Below, one piece after another: positions 1-10,039 of a DNA stretch of 64,000 nt; position 1 is the stretch's first letter, and the number at the start of each line of letters is the position of its first letter. The DNA is from an uncultured delta proteobacterium (lineage in GTDB: Bacteria; Myxococcota_A; Polyangia; Polyangiales; Polyangiaceae), in assembly GCA_963806225.1 (NCBI GenBank), contig CAWDXG010000004.1:2432001-2496000 (forward strand). The letters run 5' to 3'. The position numbers were made by a program, and so were the translations under genes. Under the pieces are notes generated by a model, which worked only from the letters and a program-made list of their open reading frames with translations, ran no database searches and was not told the origin of the DNA.

Positions 1-1
1 G

Positions 2-334
2 GTCAAGGGCAACATCGGCAACCTCACCTTCTCGCCGAAGCCGTTCGACTCGGCCGCGATGATCGGCATCCCGGTGGACGCGCAGTGGGGCGTGGCCTTC
101 CCGCGCGTGAGCGTGGGCGTCTTCGACGATGTCTTCGTCCCCTTCCTGCACACCGGCGTGGTGGTCGGCAGCTCCTTGAAATGGGGCCCGGTATGCAAGT
201 ACGGCTACGTCAAATACGTAGCCCAGGTCGGCTACGATCTCGGCGTGTTCGGCGTGAAGCTGAAGAGCGCCAAGAAGACCATCGCCGAGCGCGAGAAGAA
301 GGCGCCGCCGGGCGGCTGTCCAAAGAAGAAGTAG
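2..334 (+). CDS. Hypothetical protein, C-terminal fragment (runs off the window start)
   Basis: The frame is open from base 2 (VKGNIGNLTFSPKPFDSAAM...) into ORF 59..334, with GC3-rich codons. No family recognised. Confidence 0.7.
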   Translation, partial: VKGNIGNLTFSPKPFDSAAMIGIPVDAQWGVAFPRVSVGVFDDVFVPFLHTGVVVGSSLKWGPVCKYGYVKYVAQVGYDLGVFGVKLKSAKKTIAEREKKAPPGGCPKKK

Positions 335-343
335 ACCGCGGCG

Positions 344-1087
344 TCAGGAAGGCGGTAGGCCGTCGAAGTTGTCGTCGAGGAACTGCCGCGACAGGCTCGA
401 GAGCGCACGGCAGTACGCGTCCGGCTCGGACGTGAAGTAGCCGCGCCTGGCCAGAGCGTGCACGAAGCGCTGCGCGTCGCCGCGGCGGGCAGCCTGGATG
501 GCGTCCGGGTAGCGGCGCTTCAGCATGCGGATGTAGTCGCGCGCTCCCTCCTCGGCGCTGCGGTAGGCGCGGAAGCGGCTGCGCACGCGCCGCGCGTCGT
601 CGTCGGAGCCTTCGCTCGTCCACCACACCGCGCTGCCCCCGCGCGGCGCCTTGCCCTTCACGCCAGCGAAGTTGAAGTCGACCATCCAGCGCCCGCGGCC
701 GGTTTCGAGCGCCCACTGCGCCCACAAGAGCGCCAGCGCCTCGTCGGACGGCGGTTTTCCGAGCACCGATTCCCAGGCGTCCGACAGATGCTGCGCGGCT
801 TCCTCCGGCTGCATCGGCGTGGGGCGCTTCGACCAGGCAACCGGCTCACTGCCCGGATCGTCCACATCGTCGACGGGAGCGGGCTCCGCGACGGCTTCTA
901 CCTCCACCGCGTGGGCGGTGCGGGCCGGGCGCAACGCGTACGGAGGCGCGCCGGCGCCGCGAGCCAGGCGGGCTGCCACCGCTCCGCCCCCGAGCGCGCC
1001 GACCAGCAGCGCAACGCCCATCGGCGCGAGCTTCCGGGCGGGACCGGCCAGATACGGACGCACAACCCGGCGCCACAAGCCACGCAT
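344..1087 (-). CDS. GH73/FlgJ-like glucosaminidase (peptidoglycan hydrolase) with N-terminal hydrophobic segment
   Basis: AQWALETGRG (catalytic Glu), NFAGVKG, FRAYRSAEEG and GYFTSEPDAY match GH73 motifs. Start moved to ATG 1087. Confidence 0.75.
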   Translation of the reverse strand: MRGLWRRVVRPYLAGPARKLAPMGVALLVGALGGGAVAARLARGAGAPPYALRPARTAHAVEVEAVAEPAPVDDVDDPGSEPVAWSKRPTPMQPEEAAQHLSDAWESVLGKPPSDEALALLWAQWALETGRGRWMVDFNFAGVKGKAPRGGSAVWWTSEGSDDDARRVRSRFRAYRSAEEGARDYIRMLKRRYPDAIQAARRGDAQRFVHALARRGYFTSEPDAYCRALSSLSRQFLDDNFDGLPPS

Positions 1088-1223
1088 CGCCGCAGTCACC
1101 GCGAAATTGAAGCGGAAATTGCCGCAGCTGGCCAAGCAACGCGCGAGCGGAACTCCGGGTCCGGTTGACGTGGCCGGGCCGGAGACGCAAGCAGGATGCC
1201 CCCTGACGACAAGGAGAGCCGCC

Positions 1224-1961
1224 ATGTCCGAGCGCTACGAACTTCTGTACTGGCCGTCCATCCAGGGTCGCGGCGAGTTCGTCCGGCTGTCGCTGGAAGA
1301 GGCCGGCGCCGACTATGTCGACGTGGCCCGCAAAAGCGGCGGGATGAAGGCGCTCGGGGACATGCTCGAGACCGGCAACGGCGGCCTCTTGCCGTACGCT
1401 CCTCCCATCCTGCGCCACGGCGATCTCGTCATCGCGCAGACGGCCAACATCCTCATGTACCTGGGTCCGCGGCTTTCGCTGGTGCCGGACGACGAGAAGA
1501 GCCGCCTCGGAGCGCACCAGCTAGAGCTGACGATCACCGATCTGGTCAAGGAAGCGCACGACACCCATCACCCCGTCGGCAGCAGCCTGTACTACGAGGA
1601 CCAGAAGGACGAAGCGAAACGCTACACGAAGCAGTTCGTCGACCACCGCCTGCCGAAGTACCTCGGCTACTTCGAGCGGGTTCTCGAGCGCAACCACGAC
1701 AGCGGCAGCAAATACCTGGTCGGCGGCGCGCCGAGCTACGTGGACCTTTCAATGTTCCAGGTGATGGTAGGGCTCGGCTACGCCTTCCCGAAGGCGATGA
1801 AGAAGCTCGCCTCGCGGACGAAGCGGCTCGGGGCGCTCGCCAAGCAGGTGGCGGAGCGCCCGCGCATCGCGGCGTATCTCGCCTCCGACCGCCGGCTGCC
1901 GTTCAACGAGGACGGCATCTTCCGCCGCTATCCGGAGCTCGACATCGAACCGGCGGATTGA
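1224..1961 (+). CDS. Glutathione S-transferase
   Basis: YWPSIQGRGEFVRLSLEEAG, PPIL..GDLVIAQTANIL, SYVDLSMFQ; AAGGAG RBS at 1211. Confidence 0.9.
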   Translation: MSERYELLYWPSIQGRGEFVRLSLEEAGADYVDVARKSGGMKALGDMLETGNGGLLPYAPPILRHGDLVIAQTANILMYLGPRLSLVPDDEKSRLGAHQLELTITDLVKEAHDTHHPVGSSLYYEDQKDEAKRYTKQFVDHRLPKYLGYFERVLERNHDSGSKYLVGGAPSYVDLSMFQVMVGLGYAFPKAMKKLASRTKRLGALAKQVAERPRIAAYLASDRRLPFNEDGIFRRYPELDIEPAD

Positions 1962-2027
1962 TCCACACGCGGCGGTCTTCTGCGGCAGCTCGAGGTGCGT
2001 CGCGCTGCCCGCGCACGTGCTCGAACG

Positions 2028-2882
2028 CTAGTTCGACTGGACGAGCTGGCTCGCCAGCTGCTCGCCCTCGGTCGTGGTGGCGGCGTGGTCCTCGATCTTC
2101 GGCGCAACTCCGCTCTGGCCGCTGAACGCGATGTACGTGACCCCGCTGTCCGCGCCGCCCACGGCCGGGTCGGGATTGATGCCCAGGCTTGCGGCCATGG
2201 CGTAGGACGCCTCGCCGATGATGCTGGTCGGACCGATGTCGCCGAACACGCCGTAGGTCACCTTGCCCTTGTAGATGACGGCGATGATGCTGCCAAAGTG
2301 CAGTCCGGCGGCCTTGTAGGAGAAGCGCGTGCTGATGCCGGGCACGACGACGTAGGGCAGCTTCGCCGCGTCGAGGTAGTTGCCCTGCGAGTCGGTCGCC
2401 GCGGTCTGCGCCTGGTACCACGGGTCGGTGTTCTTGTTGCACTGCGTGCTGGTCAGGCCGTCGCAGTCGACGTCCATGTCCGCCTGCCAGTACACGGCGC
2501 CCTGGAGCTGGCAGATGGGCACCGTCGCGGCGGTATTGCTGTCGGTCTTGTAGCGGCCGTTCGTGATCTCCTGGCAGTTGCCGAGCAGCGCGAGCAGATC
2601 CTGAGCGCTCGGCGGCGCGCTGCTCTGCCCAGCGCTGCCTCCGCTGCCCGCCGCGCCACCTGCCGACGTTCCTCCAGCACCTCCGCTGGTGGTTCCGGCC
2701 GCGCCGCCCGTCGAGTTCGTGCCGCCGGCGCCGCTGCTCCCTGCACTGGTGCCCGAGCCCGCGGACCCCGCGTCGGTGCCGGCCGCCCCGCCGCTCGCGT
2801 TCGCTGACGGGTGGCTGCTCGAACCGCAGGCGATACCAGCGAGGAGCGGAAAAACGCACACAACACGCACGAGCCCATGCAT
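2028..2882 (-). CDS. GH75 chitosanase-family lipoprotein with Gly/Ser-rich linker
   Basis: Lipobox-like GIAC, then ADMDVDCDG, LDAAKLPYVVVP, GVFGDIGP and IGEASYA, typical of GH75. Confidence 0.85.
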   Translation of the reverse strand: MHGLVRVVCVFPLLAGIACGSSSHPSANASGGAAGTDAGSAGSGTSAGSSGAGGTNSTGGAAGTTSGGAGGTSAGGAAGSGGSAGQSSAPPSAQDLLALLGNCQEITNGRYKTDSNTAATVPICQLQGAVYWQADMDVDCDGLTSTQCNKNTDPWYQAQTAATDSQGNYLDAAKLPYVVVPGISTRFSYKAAGLHFGSIIAVIYKGKVTYGVFGDIGPTSIIGEASYAMAASLGINPDPAVGGADSGVTYIAFSGQSGVAPKIEDHAATTTEGEQLASQLVQSN

Positions 2883-2928
2883 GCGGCGATGGTTCCACAC
2901 AAGCCGCCGGCCGTCACCAGACAGCCGG

Positions 2929-4390
2929 CTACTTCTCCGGGGCGGGCTTCTTCGCCTTCTTCCGCTTCGCCGCCGGCTTCTTCTTGGCCACTTTCTTCGC
3001 CGCGGGCTTCTTCTTCACCGTCTTCTTCTTCTTCTTCGCCGTCTTCTTCTTCGCGCGCCTTCTTCTTCGCGGCGGGTTTCTTCTTCGCGGGCTTCTTCTT
3101 CGCGGCGGGTTTCTTCTTCACCGTCTTCTTCTTCTTCTTCGCGGCGCCTGCCTTGGCTTGCCTCTTCTTTTCTTCCGGCGGCGGCTCCGGCGGATGCTCC
3201 ACGGCGATGTCGCTCTTCAGCAGCCACTCGCTGACCAGCGAGCGTTCGCCTGCCGGCGGTGTCGTGGGATCGAACAGGCCCGGCGCCGTCTTCGGCTCGA
3301 AGTCGTGCTCGACGTCCTCCTGCTCCGGCGGCGCGCCTCCTTCCACGTCCATCGCGCTCTTCGCCAACCACTCGCTCACCAACGAGCGCTCGGGCATGGA
3401 TGCCGCGAACACGCTCTTCTCCGCCGCCACCGGCTCCGGTGCCCCCACCGAGACGATCCGCGACGACTCGACCGGCCCGTCCGCTGCCAGCCGCGGCTCC
3501 GCAGCGTGCGGCGACGGCACGCCCAGCGCAACCAGGAGCGCGCTGAACGCGGCGCGCACCGAATCGAAGCGCGCGTCCCGGTCGATCGCCAGCACCTGCT
3601 GGATCCAGAGATCCATGTCGGGCGGAAGGCCCGGCCTGAGCGCACACAGGCTGGGCCGCTCGGCCGTGGTGGCGAGGATGAACTTGTCCCTCAGCGACTC
3701 GACCTCGAAGGGCAGCCGGTTCGCCAGGGCCCGGAAGACGATGACACCGAGCGAGTACACATCGACGCGCCGATCCAGCTGGTCGGTGCGCCCCTTCCAT
3801 ACCTCCGGCGCAATGTAGCTGGGCGAGCCGACGATGGTGCCGGCTGCGGTGAGCGGGTTCGCCTCCTGCATGCGCGCCAGCCCGAAGTCGAGCAGGCGCA
3901 CGCCTCCGCCCGCGTTGGGCGAGACCAGGAACACATTCGCCGGCTTCAGATCGCGGTGCAGTATTCCCGCGGCGTGCGCGCGCTCCAACGTGTCGACGAT
4001 CGGCGACAGCACGAGCACCAGCTCTTCGGGTGTGAGCCGCTCGCCGCGGTGTTCCAGGTCTTCCAGGCGTTGTTCCAGATCGCGGCCGTCGAGCAGCTCC
4101 ATCACCAGGCACAGCTTGCCGGCTGCGCTGGCGCACAGGTCGTACACGCGCACAGCGCTGGTCCCGGCCAGCTCCACCAGAGCGCGCTGCTCGCGCTTCA
4201 GCCGCTCGACGAGACCCGGATCCTGCGCTGCGGAGTCGGTCAGCATCTTGACGGCGACGACCTCGCCCGTCAGCCGATCCAGGGCGCGGAACACGAGCCC
4301 ATGGCCGCCACGACCGATGATCTGCTGGAGCTCGTACCGTTGCGCGATCGTATGCCCGACCAGGTTCGGGGTGTGCAGCATGTCGGGCAT
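2929..4390 (-). CDS. Ser/Thr protein kinase with Lys/Ala/Pro-rich (histone H1-like) C-terminal tail; frameshift near 3055
   Basis: GRGGHG, VAVK, HRDLKPAN, DFG and APE motifs. After a frame change near 3055 the KKKPAAKK repeats continue to TAG at 2929-2931, just ahead of the next gene. Confidence 0.85.
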
Positions 4391-4422
4391 CCAGCCGAGT
4401 ATAGGCGCCGCGGCGCGCGGAG

Positions 4423-5892
4423 TCAGCTACCCGTACAGCGCGCGAGACGCAACGTGAACGTGCCCGCCGGCAGTTCCACCAGTACCCGCTGCTTGTCGGC
4501 GTGATAGTCCCAGCTCCATCCGGAGGGGCCTTTCACGTCGAGGCAGACCGAATCGCCCAGATGACGCCTGGGCGCATACAGGATGGCTGGCTTGTTGCTG
4601 CCGTCGGCTTCGAGCTTCACGTCCAGCGCGTGCGCCCGGAAGTCGTACGATAGCGAATCGAGCTTTCCCGGCACCGCGATCGGGTACGGCCTTGAAAGCC
4701 GGTCCACGATGTCCTGGCGGATATGGCGATCTGCGTCGAGCACCGCCTGCGCGCCGGAAATGGACGCGTCGCCCGCGCTCGGCGTGGCCTGTTCGAACGC
4801 CCAGTAGCTCGAACCGACACGGTACTGGTCCTCCAGACCCGCGTGCAGCTCGAGATCCGCGTCGGCGCTCGGCAGGTCGTTGTTCACGCCCCACTCGCCG
4901 TTCCACCACGGGACGCCAAAGGTCTGCGCCTCTTTGTCGGCGTTCGCGAAGTCCTTCTTCTTCACTTCCGGATCCGGCGGGCGCTTGAGGATGTACAGAT
5001 TGGCCCAGCCCGAATACAGATGCGGCGCGTACACGATGTCCGGATCGAGACCCACGACCGGCGCGGCGTACATGTACTGGCTCTCGTTACGGACGCCGGG
5101 CGCGTCGAAGAACAGCTGGCCCTTGGCTCCCTCCTTGCGCAGCGCGGGAATTATCTTGTGCAGTGCGGGCAGGTACTGCTGCTTCTCGAAGTCCGGCTGG
5201 TTCAGCGTGCCAGCGGGCTCGTTGAAGATGTCGTAGCCCAGCAGCGCCGGGTGCTTTCCGAATCGGGCGATCACCTTGCCCCAGGCGGCGAGGTAGGCGT
5301 CCATCAACCCGTTGTCGTTGTTCCACAGCTGATCGAACAGCTTCCGGTAGCCCGTGGTGCTCGGCGTGTAGCCCGCTGGGCACGTCCAGTCCGGAGCACC
5401 GTTGGCCGACAGCGCCAACGTGCTCTTCGGGTCGACCGCGCACCGCCCCCACAAGTCGTGGTGCCACTCGAGCACTACTGTAAGGCCGGCCGCCTTCGCG
5501 GCGTCGAGCACGCCGCCGATCTGGTCGAGATAGGCCGAATCGTATTTGCCTCGCTCCGGCTCGATGCGGCTCCAGGAGATCGCGACGCGCATCGTGGTAA
5601 AGCCCCACGACGCGATCAGGGCGTAGTCGCCGGGCTCGACCCTGCGCCCGCCATGATCCACATCCTGCAGCGAATGGTGCTCGATGCCGCGCAGGACCAC
5701 CTGGCGGCCTTCGGCGTCGACCAGGGCGTCGCCTCTCACCGAAAGCGGCAGAAAGGCACCCTCGTCCAGCGCGCGGCGGGGCCCCGATGCGTGAACGCCG
5801 GGTCCCGGCCCATCCGGGCTTCCTCCACAGCCAGAAATGAGCAGGAAAGCCCCCAGAACAGCGCGCCAACCGCGCACCCGCGTGCAGATCAC
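4423..5892 (-). CDS. GH5 glycoside hydrolase lipoprotein, endoglycoceramidase-like
   Basis: LISGC lipobox, DAEGRQVVLRG, GAPDW, GYDIFNEP (acid/base), NGEWG (nucleophile), SRPYP plus a C-terminal beta domain. Confidence 0.8.
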   Translation of the reverse strand: MICTRVRGWRAVLGAFLLISGCGGSPDGPGPGVHASGPRRALDEGAFLPLSVRGDALVDAEGRQVVLRGIEHHSLQDVDHGGRRVEPGDYALIASWGFTTMRVAISWSRIEPERGKYDSAYLDQIGGVLDAAKAAGLTVVLEWHHDLWGRCAVDPKSTLALSANGAPDWTCPAGYTPSTTGYRKLFDQLWNNDNGLMDAYLAAWGKVIARFGKHPALLGYDIFNEPAGTLNQPDFEKQQYLPALHKIIPALRKEGAKGQLFFDAPGVRNESQYMYAAPVVGLDPDIVYAPHLYSGWANLYILKRPPDPEVKKKDFANADKEAQTFGVPWWNGEWGVNNDLPSADADLELHAGLEDQYRVGSSYWAFEQATPSAGDASISGAQAVLDADRHIRQDIVDRLSRPYPIAVPGKLDSLSYDFRAHALDVKLEADGSNKPAILYAPRRHLGDSVCLDVKGPSGWSWDYHADKQRVLVELPAGTFTLRLARCTGS

Positions 5893-5958
5893 GGGGAAAG
5901 CATGCGCCTGCGCTCACCCTTCCTGCAAGTCCAGTCCGCTGGCGCTATATACCCTCGC

Positions 5959-6780
5959 ATGAGGAGGAGACTCCGGATCGCGCTAGGCGTGACACTGGCT
6001 GTGCTGCTCGCCGCGGCGATGACGGTGCGCACGTTGGAGGAGCGCTTCGACGCCCGCATAGCAGCCGCCGAACGTCGCGTTGGACAGAGCTCTGCCGCGG
6101 GTGCGCCCGAAAACCTGCCGGCGATCGCGCTCGAGTACCTGGCCCGAGCGGGTGTCGCGTCCGAGGGGGATCCGCGCGTCGTGCGCATCGGCGAGACCGG
6201 CGAGCTCCGCAGGCACCCGGACGCGCCGTGGAAGCACTTTTCCGCGGTGCAGCACCTCGCCGTTCGGGACATCGGCTTCGCGTGGCACGGCACCCTGGAC
6301 GTGGCGCCGGGCATCGACGTCGAGATCCTCGATCAGCTGCATGCAAGTGCGGGACAGAGCGATGTGCGCCTGCTGGGCGCCATCCCGCTGTCCGTTCCCG
6401 GATGCTGGCCCGTCGACCGCGCCGAGACCCAGCGCTACCTGGCCGGGCTGGCCTGGGCGCCGCATGCGGTTCGCGACAACGCCGCACTCAGGCTCACCGC
6501 CGTCGGCGACAGGAAGCTGGAGGTCACCGCGGGCGACGGCCCGGCGCGCACGAGCATCGAGCTCGAGCTCGACGAACACGGCGACATCATCCGCAGCGTA
6601 GCGATGCGCCCGCGTGTCGAGAACGGCACCGTGGTCGAGCGCCGCTGGGTCGCCGAGCTCTCGCGCCACGATCGACTCGGTGCCGTCCGCGTCCCCACCT
6701 ACGGCGAAGCCCGCTGGGTGCTGCCCGAGGGCGACTTCGTCTACCTGCGCGGCGAAGTCGAGTCGCTCGAGCTCGACTAG
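5959..6780 (+). CDS. Membrane-anchored hypothetical protein (DUF6544-like)
   Basis: N-terminal TM segment; W..F.A.Q....GF.W, QRYLAGLAWAP and VPTYGEARW resemble this family by recollection. Confidence 0.6.
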   Translation: MRRRLRIALGVTLAVLLAAAMTVRTLEERFDARIAAAERRVGQSSAAGAPENLPAIALEYLARAGVASEGDPRVVRIGETGELRRHPDAPWKHFSAVQHLAVRDIGFAWHGTLDVAPGIDVEILDQLHASAGQSDVRLLGAIPLSVPGCWPVDRAETQRYLAGLAWAPHAVRDNAALRLTAVGDRKLEVTAGDGPARTSIELELDEHGDIIRSVAMRPRVENGTVVERRWVAELSRHDRLGAVRVPTYGEARWVLPEGDFVYLRGEVESLELD

Positions 6781-6811
6781 AGCCTCGGTCCCACGCGCCG
6801 CGACGCCAGAG

Positions 6812-8113
6812 CTACATCGTCATCCGGATCCACGCCATGTAGCCCGCGTAGCCGAGCAGCGCGAGCAGCGCGATGCAGCCGATCACGACGAGCTTCACGT
6901 GGCGGCGCGCTCCCATGGCCTTGATCGATCGGTCCAGATCGAGATCGTCGACGACGATCGAGGGAAGCTCGGGCTCCTCAGCCGCCACGGGTTCCAGGTC
7001 GGGCGCGGAGACGCGCTGGACGGCCGAGTGGCCGCCTGTCGACGGCGTGTGCAGATCGGCTACGCCCATGCTGCTCGCGGTAGAGCTCGCCACCTCGTAC
7101 TCGCTTGCGATCTGGACACGTTGTTCGGCTGCCTCGACGGCGCGCGCGATGGTGGCCCGACGCCGCGCGATCCGCTCACCGATTTCGCTCTCGAGGAAGT
7201 GGGCAACGTCTGCAGCCGTGACGGGGGCGCAGTGGCGGGTCATCGCCGCCTCGATCGTCTGCTGCATCTCCTTGGCGGTGTGGAAGCGCCCCATGGGGTT
7301 GTAGGACAGCGCCGTGTAGACGATCTCGGCGATATCGCCGGGCATATCGCGAAGCGGCGTCGGTGGCAGGCCGCGCGACAGCAGATGGAGCATGGCCAAC
7401 TGGTTGTCCGCGTCGTACGGCACCCGCCCCGTCAAGAGCTGGTAGAGCAGCGCGCCCATGGACCAGACATCGGCGCGCCGATCCAGAGCGCCGCCCATGG
7501 CCTGCTCGGGAGACATGTAGGCCACCCTGCCCTTGATGGTGCCGGCGCTGGTCTCCTCGGCCATGCGCCCCATGGCCTTGGCGACGCCGAAGTCGATGAG
7601 CTTCACCTGGCCGCTCGTTCCCAGGAGCACGTTGGCGGGCGACACGTCGCGGTGCACGACGCCAAGCAGCTCGCCGGCGTCATCGCGCACCTCGTGTGCG
7701 GCATGTAGCCCGGCGCAGATTGCGGCGGTTACGCGCAGCACGATGCCGAGCGGAAGCTTGTGCTTCTTCCGGTGAACCTTCCGCCTCAGCGCCGCGAGGG
7801 AATCGCCTTCCACCCACTCGAGGACGTGGTAGAGCACGCCGGCGTGCTCACCCAGGTCGAGGATATGCGCGACATTCGGGTGGTGCACGGCGGAGATGAT
7901 CCGCGCCTCGTCGAGGAACATGGCGTGGAAACGAGGGTCCTCCGCGTGCTCGGCGAGGATCGCCTTTACGGCGACCAGCCGCTGCATCCCGAGCTGGGTC
8001 TGCATGCGCGCGACCCAGACCTGGGCCATCCCGCCCTGCGCCACGGGACACAACAGCTCGTACCGGTCGAGCCACTGTCCGGGATACAGGGCCCCGGCGG
8101 GGGTTGACGGCAT
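6812..8113 (-). CDS. Ser/Thr protein kinase with C-terminal TM helix
   Basis: QGGMAQV, VAVK, HRDVSPAN, DFG, YMSPEQ; hydrophobic C-terminus. Confidence 0.9.
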   Translation of the reverse strand: MPSTPAGALYPGQWLDRYELLCPVAQGGMAQVWVARMQTQLGMQRLVAVKAILAEHAEDPRFHAMFLDEARIISAVHHPNVAHILDLGEHAGVLYHVLEWVEGDSLAALRRKVHRKKHKLPLGIVLRVTAAICAGLHAAHEVRDDAGELLGVVHRDVSPANVLLGTSGQVKLIDFGVAKAMGRMAEETSAGTIKGRVAYMSPEQAMGGALDRRADVWSMGALLYQLLTGRVPYDADNQLAMLHLLSRGLPPTPLRDMPGDIAEIVYTALSYNPMGRFHTAKEMQQTIEAAMTRHCAPVTAADVAHFLESEIGERIARRRATIARAVEAAEQRVQIASEYEVASSTASSMGVADLHTPSTGGHSAVQRVSAPDLEPVAAEEPELPSIVVDDLDLDRSIKAMGARRHVKLVVIGCIALLALLGYAGYMAWIRMTM

Positions 8114-8238
8114 GCTGAGCCCCACCGGACCACTTTTGCTCGGGACCCCACAGGAGCGCAAGCTGCACAGCGCGGACTAGTAGAAACTACCTGCTCTTCG
8201 GATTGACCGCCCGCGCCGGCAGGACGAATGTGGGCCGC

Positions 8239-10008
8239 ATGAGCCTACAGCGCGCCACCAGCCGCACCATTTCCCGGATGTTCCGTAACGTCTACCGGCT
8301 CCGGGGCCAGGAGTCGGAGCTCCGCCGCCGGGTTGCCGGAGCGCTGGGACTCTCCACGCGGCGCGAGGTCGAACGCATGGCGGACGAGATGGAGCTCTGG
8401 CAGGGCCGTGCCGAGCGCGCCCGGAACGCCGGACCCCGCCGCAACATCCTGTTCATCACCAGCGACCAGCAGCGCTACGACTCGCTGGGGGTGAACGGCG
8501 GAAGGGTCGCCCGCACGCCGGTGCTCGACGCCCTGGCCCGCACCGGCGTGAACTACCGCCGCGCCCACGTGCACAACGTCGTGTGCATGCCGTCGCGCTC
8601 GACGATGCTGACCGGCCAGTATCCGCAGACACATGGCGTCATCGCCAACGGCATCCCGCTGCCACCCGACGCGCCGAGCGTGGCGCGCGAGCTCAGGCGC
8701 CGGGCGGGCTACCGCACCGCGCTCATCGGCAAGGCACACTTCGACCCGCACCTCGACCCGAGCCTGCATTTTCCCGAGAACCGCTTCGCCTTCGAGCACA
8801 GCTTCGGGCCCTGGCGGGGCTTCGAACACGTCGAGCTGGCAACGCACGGACCGATGGGCGGGCACCACTACGCCGACTGGCTGTGGTCGAACCATCCGGA
8901 GGATGTGCGGGGCTTCGCCGCGGTGCTCACGGGCGCCGGCGGCGGCGATACCGGCGCGCCGGAGGTCGCGCACAACCCCATTCCGCGCGAGCACTACCAC
9001 ACCGACTGGGTCGCCGAACGCACTGTCGCGTGGCTGCGATCGGTACCGGCGGACGAACCGTGGTTCTGCTGGATGAGCTTCCCCGATCCGCACCATCCGT
9101 TCGACCCGCCCTACGACGAGGTGAAGAAGCGCATCGACTGGCATGATGTGCCTCTGCCCGAGGGCTATCCCGGCTCACGCGACAGGATCGAAGCCATCCT
9201 GGCCGACAAGCCGCGGCACTGGCTCGATTGGTACCAGGGCCGCTTCAGGAATCCCGAGGGCGGCCCCACGCACTTCGTCCCCGGCAAGCTCGAGGAGCGG
9301 CAGCTCCGCGAGGTCAACGCGATGATCCACGTCGAGAACGAGCTCATCGACGAAGCGTGCGGGCGCGTACTGGCCTTTCTGCGCGAGCGCGGGCTCGACG
9401 AGAACACCGACGTGATCTTCACCTCGGATCACGGCGAGCTGCAGGGCGACTACGGGCTCCTGTTCAAGGGCCCGTACCACGTGGAATCGCTAATGCGGAT
9501 CCCGATGATCTGGCGTCCCGCGCCGTCGGCGGCAGTGGGCGCCTGCGAAATCACGGAACCGGTCGGCCATGTCGATCTGGCGCCGACGTTCTGCCGGATC
9601 GCGGGCATCGAGGTTCCGGAGTACATGCAGGGTGCGGCGCTGCCCGTCCAGCCCGGGTCGGGGCGCGAGCGCATCGTCACGGCCTTCGACAGCCAGTTCG
9701 AGCAGGTGGGGATGCACCTCCGGACGATCTACCGCGACGGCTACATCTGCACGCGCTACGAGCCGCGCACGCGCGACCGCGGCGGGCATTTCCCCTTGTA
9801 CTGGGCGCTCTGGGGCGCCGGCACCCACGTCCCCGACTACGACGGCAGCGAAGGCGAATTCTACGATCTCCACGAGGATCCGCTGCAGCACAAGAACCTC
9901 TGGAACGACCCCGTGCGGCGCAGCTTGCGCGACGATCTGCTCGCAGACCTGGGCGACCATCTGCCGCCCGCACGCACGCCGCCGCTTGACGTCGAGGCGC
10001 CGACCTGA
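8239..10008 (+). CDS. Cys-type (formylglycine) sulfatase-like hydrolase
   Basis: NILFITSDQQR, CMPSRSTMLTG (CxPxR), GKAHF, PHHPF, TSDHG. Confidence 0.9.
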   Translation: MSLQRATSRTISRMFRNVYRLRGQESELRRRVAGALGLSTRREVERMADEMELWQGRAERARNAGPRRNILFITSDQQRYDSLGVNGGRVARTPVLDALARTGVNYRRAHVHNVVCMPSRSTMLTGQYPQTHGVIANGIPLPPDAPSVARELRRRAGYRTALIGKAHFDPHLDPSLHFPENRFAFEHSFGPWRGFEHVELATHGPMGGHHYADWLWSNHPEDVRGFAAVLTGAGGGDTGAPEVAHNPIPREHYHTDWVAERTVAWLRSVPADEPWFCWMSFPDPHHPFDPPYDEVKKRIDWHDVPLPEGYPGSRDRIEAILADKPRHWLDWYQGRFRNPEGGPTHFVPGKLEERQLREVNAMIHVENELIDEACGRVLAFLRERGLDENTDVIFTSDHGELQGDYGLLFKGPYHVESLMRIPMIWRPAPSAAVGACEITEPVGHVDLAPTFCRIAGIEVPEYMQGAALPVQPGSGRERIVTAFDSQFEQVGMHLRTIYRDGYICTRYEPRTRDRGGHFPLYWALWGAGTHVPDYDGSEGEFYDLHEDPLQHKNLWNDPVRRSLRDDLLADLGDHLPPARTPPLDVEAPT

Positions 10009-10039
10009 GGCTTGGGCCTTTCTCTTTCCGCGTAGCGCA

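Noticed and set aside
2453..3055. Glu-rich extension of the kinase ORF (EEEDGEEEEE...) overlapping the chitosanase
   Set aside because: It is the out-of-frame reading of AAG repeats; the Lys-rich frame ends cleanly at 2929.
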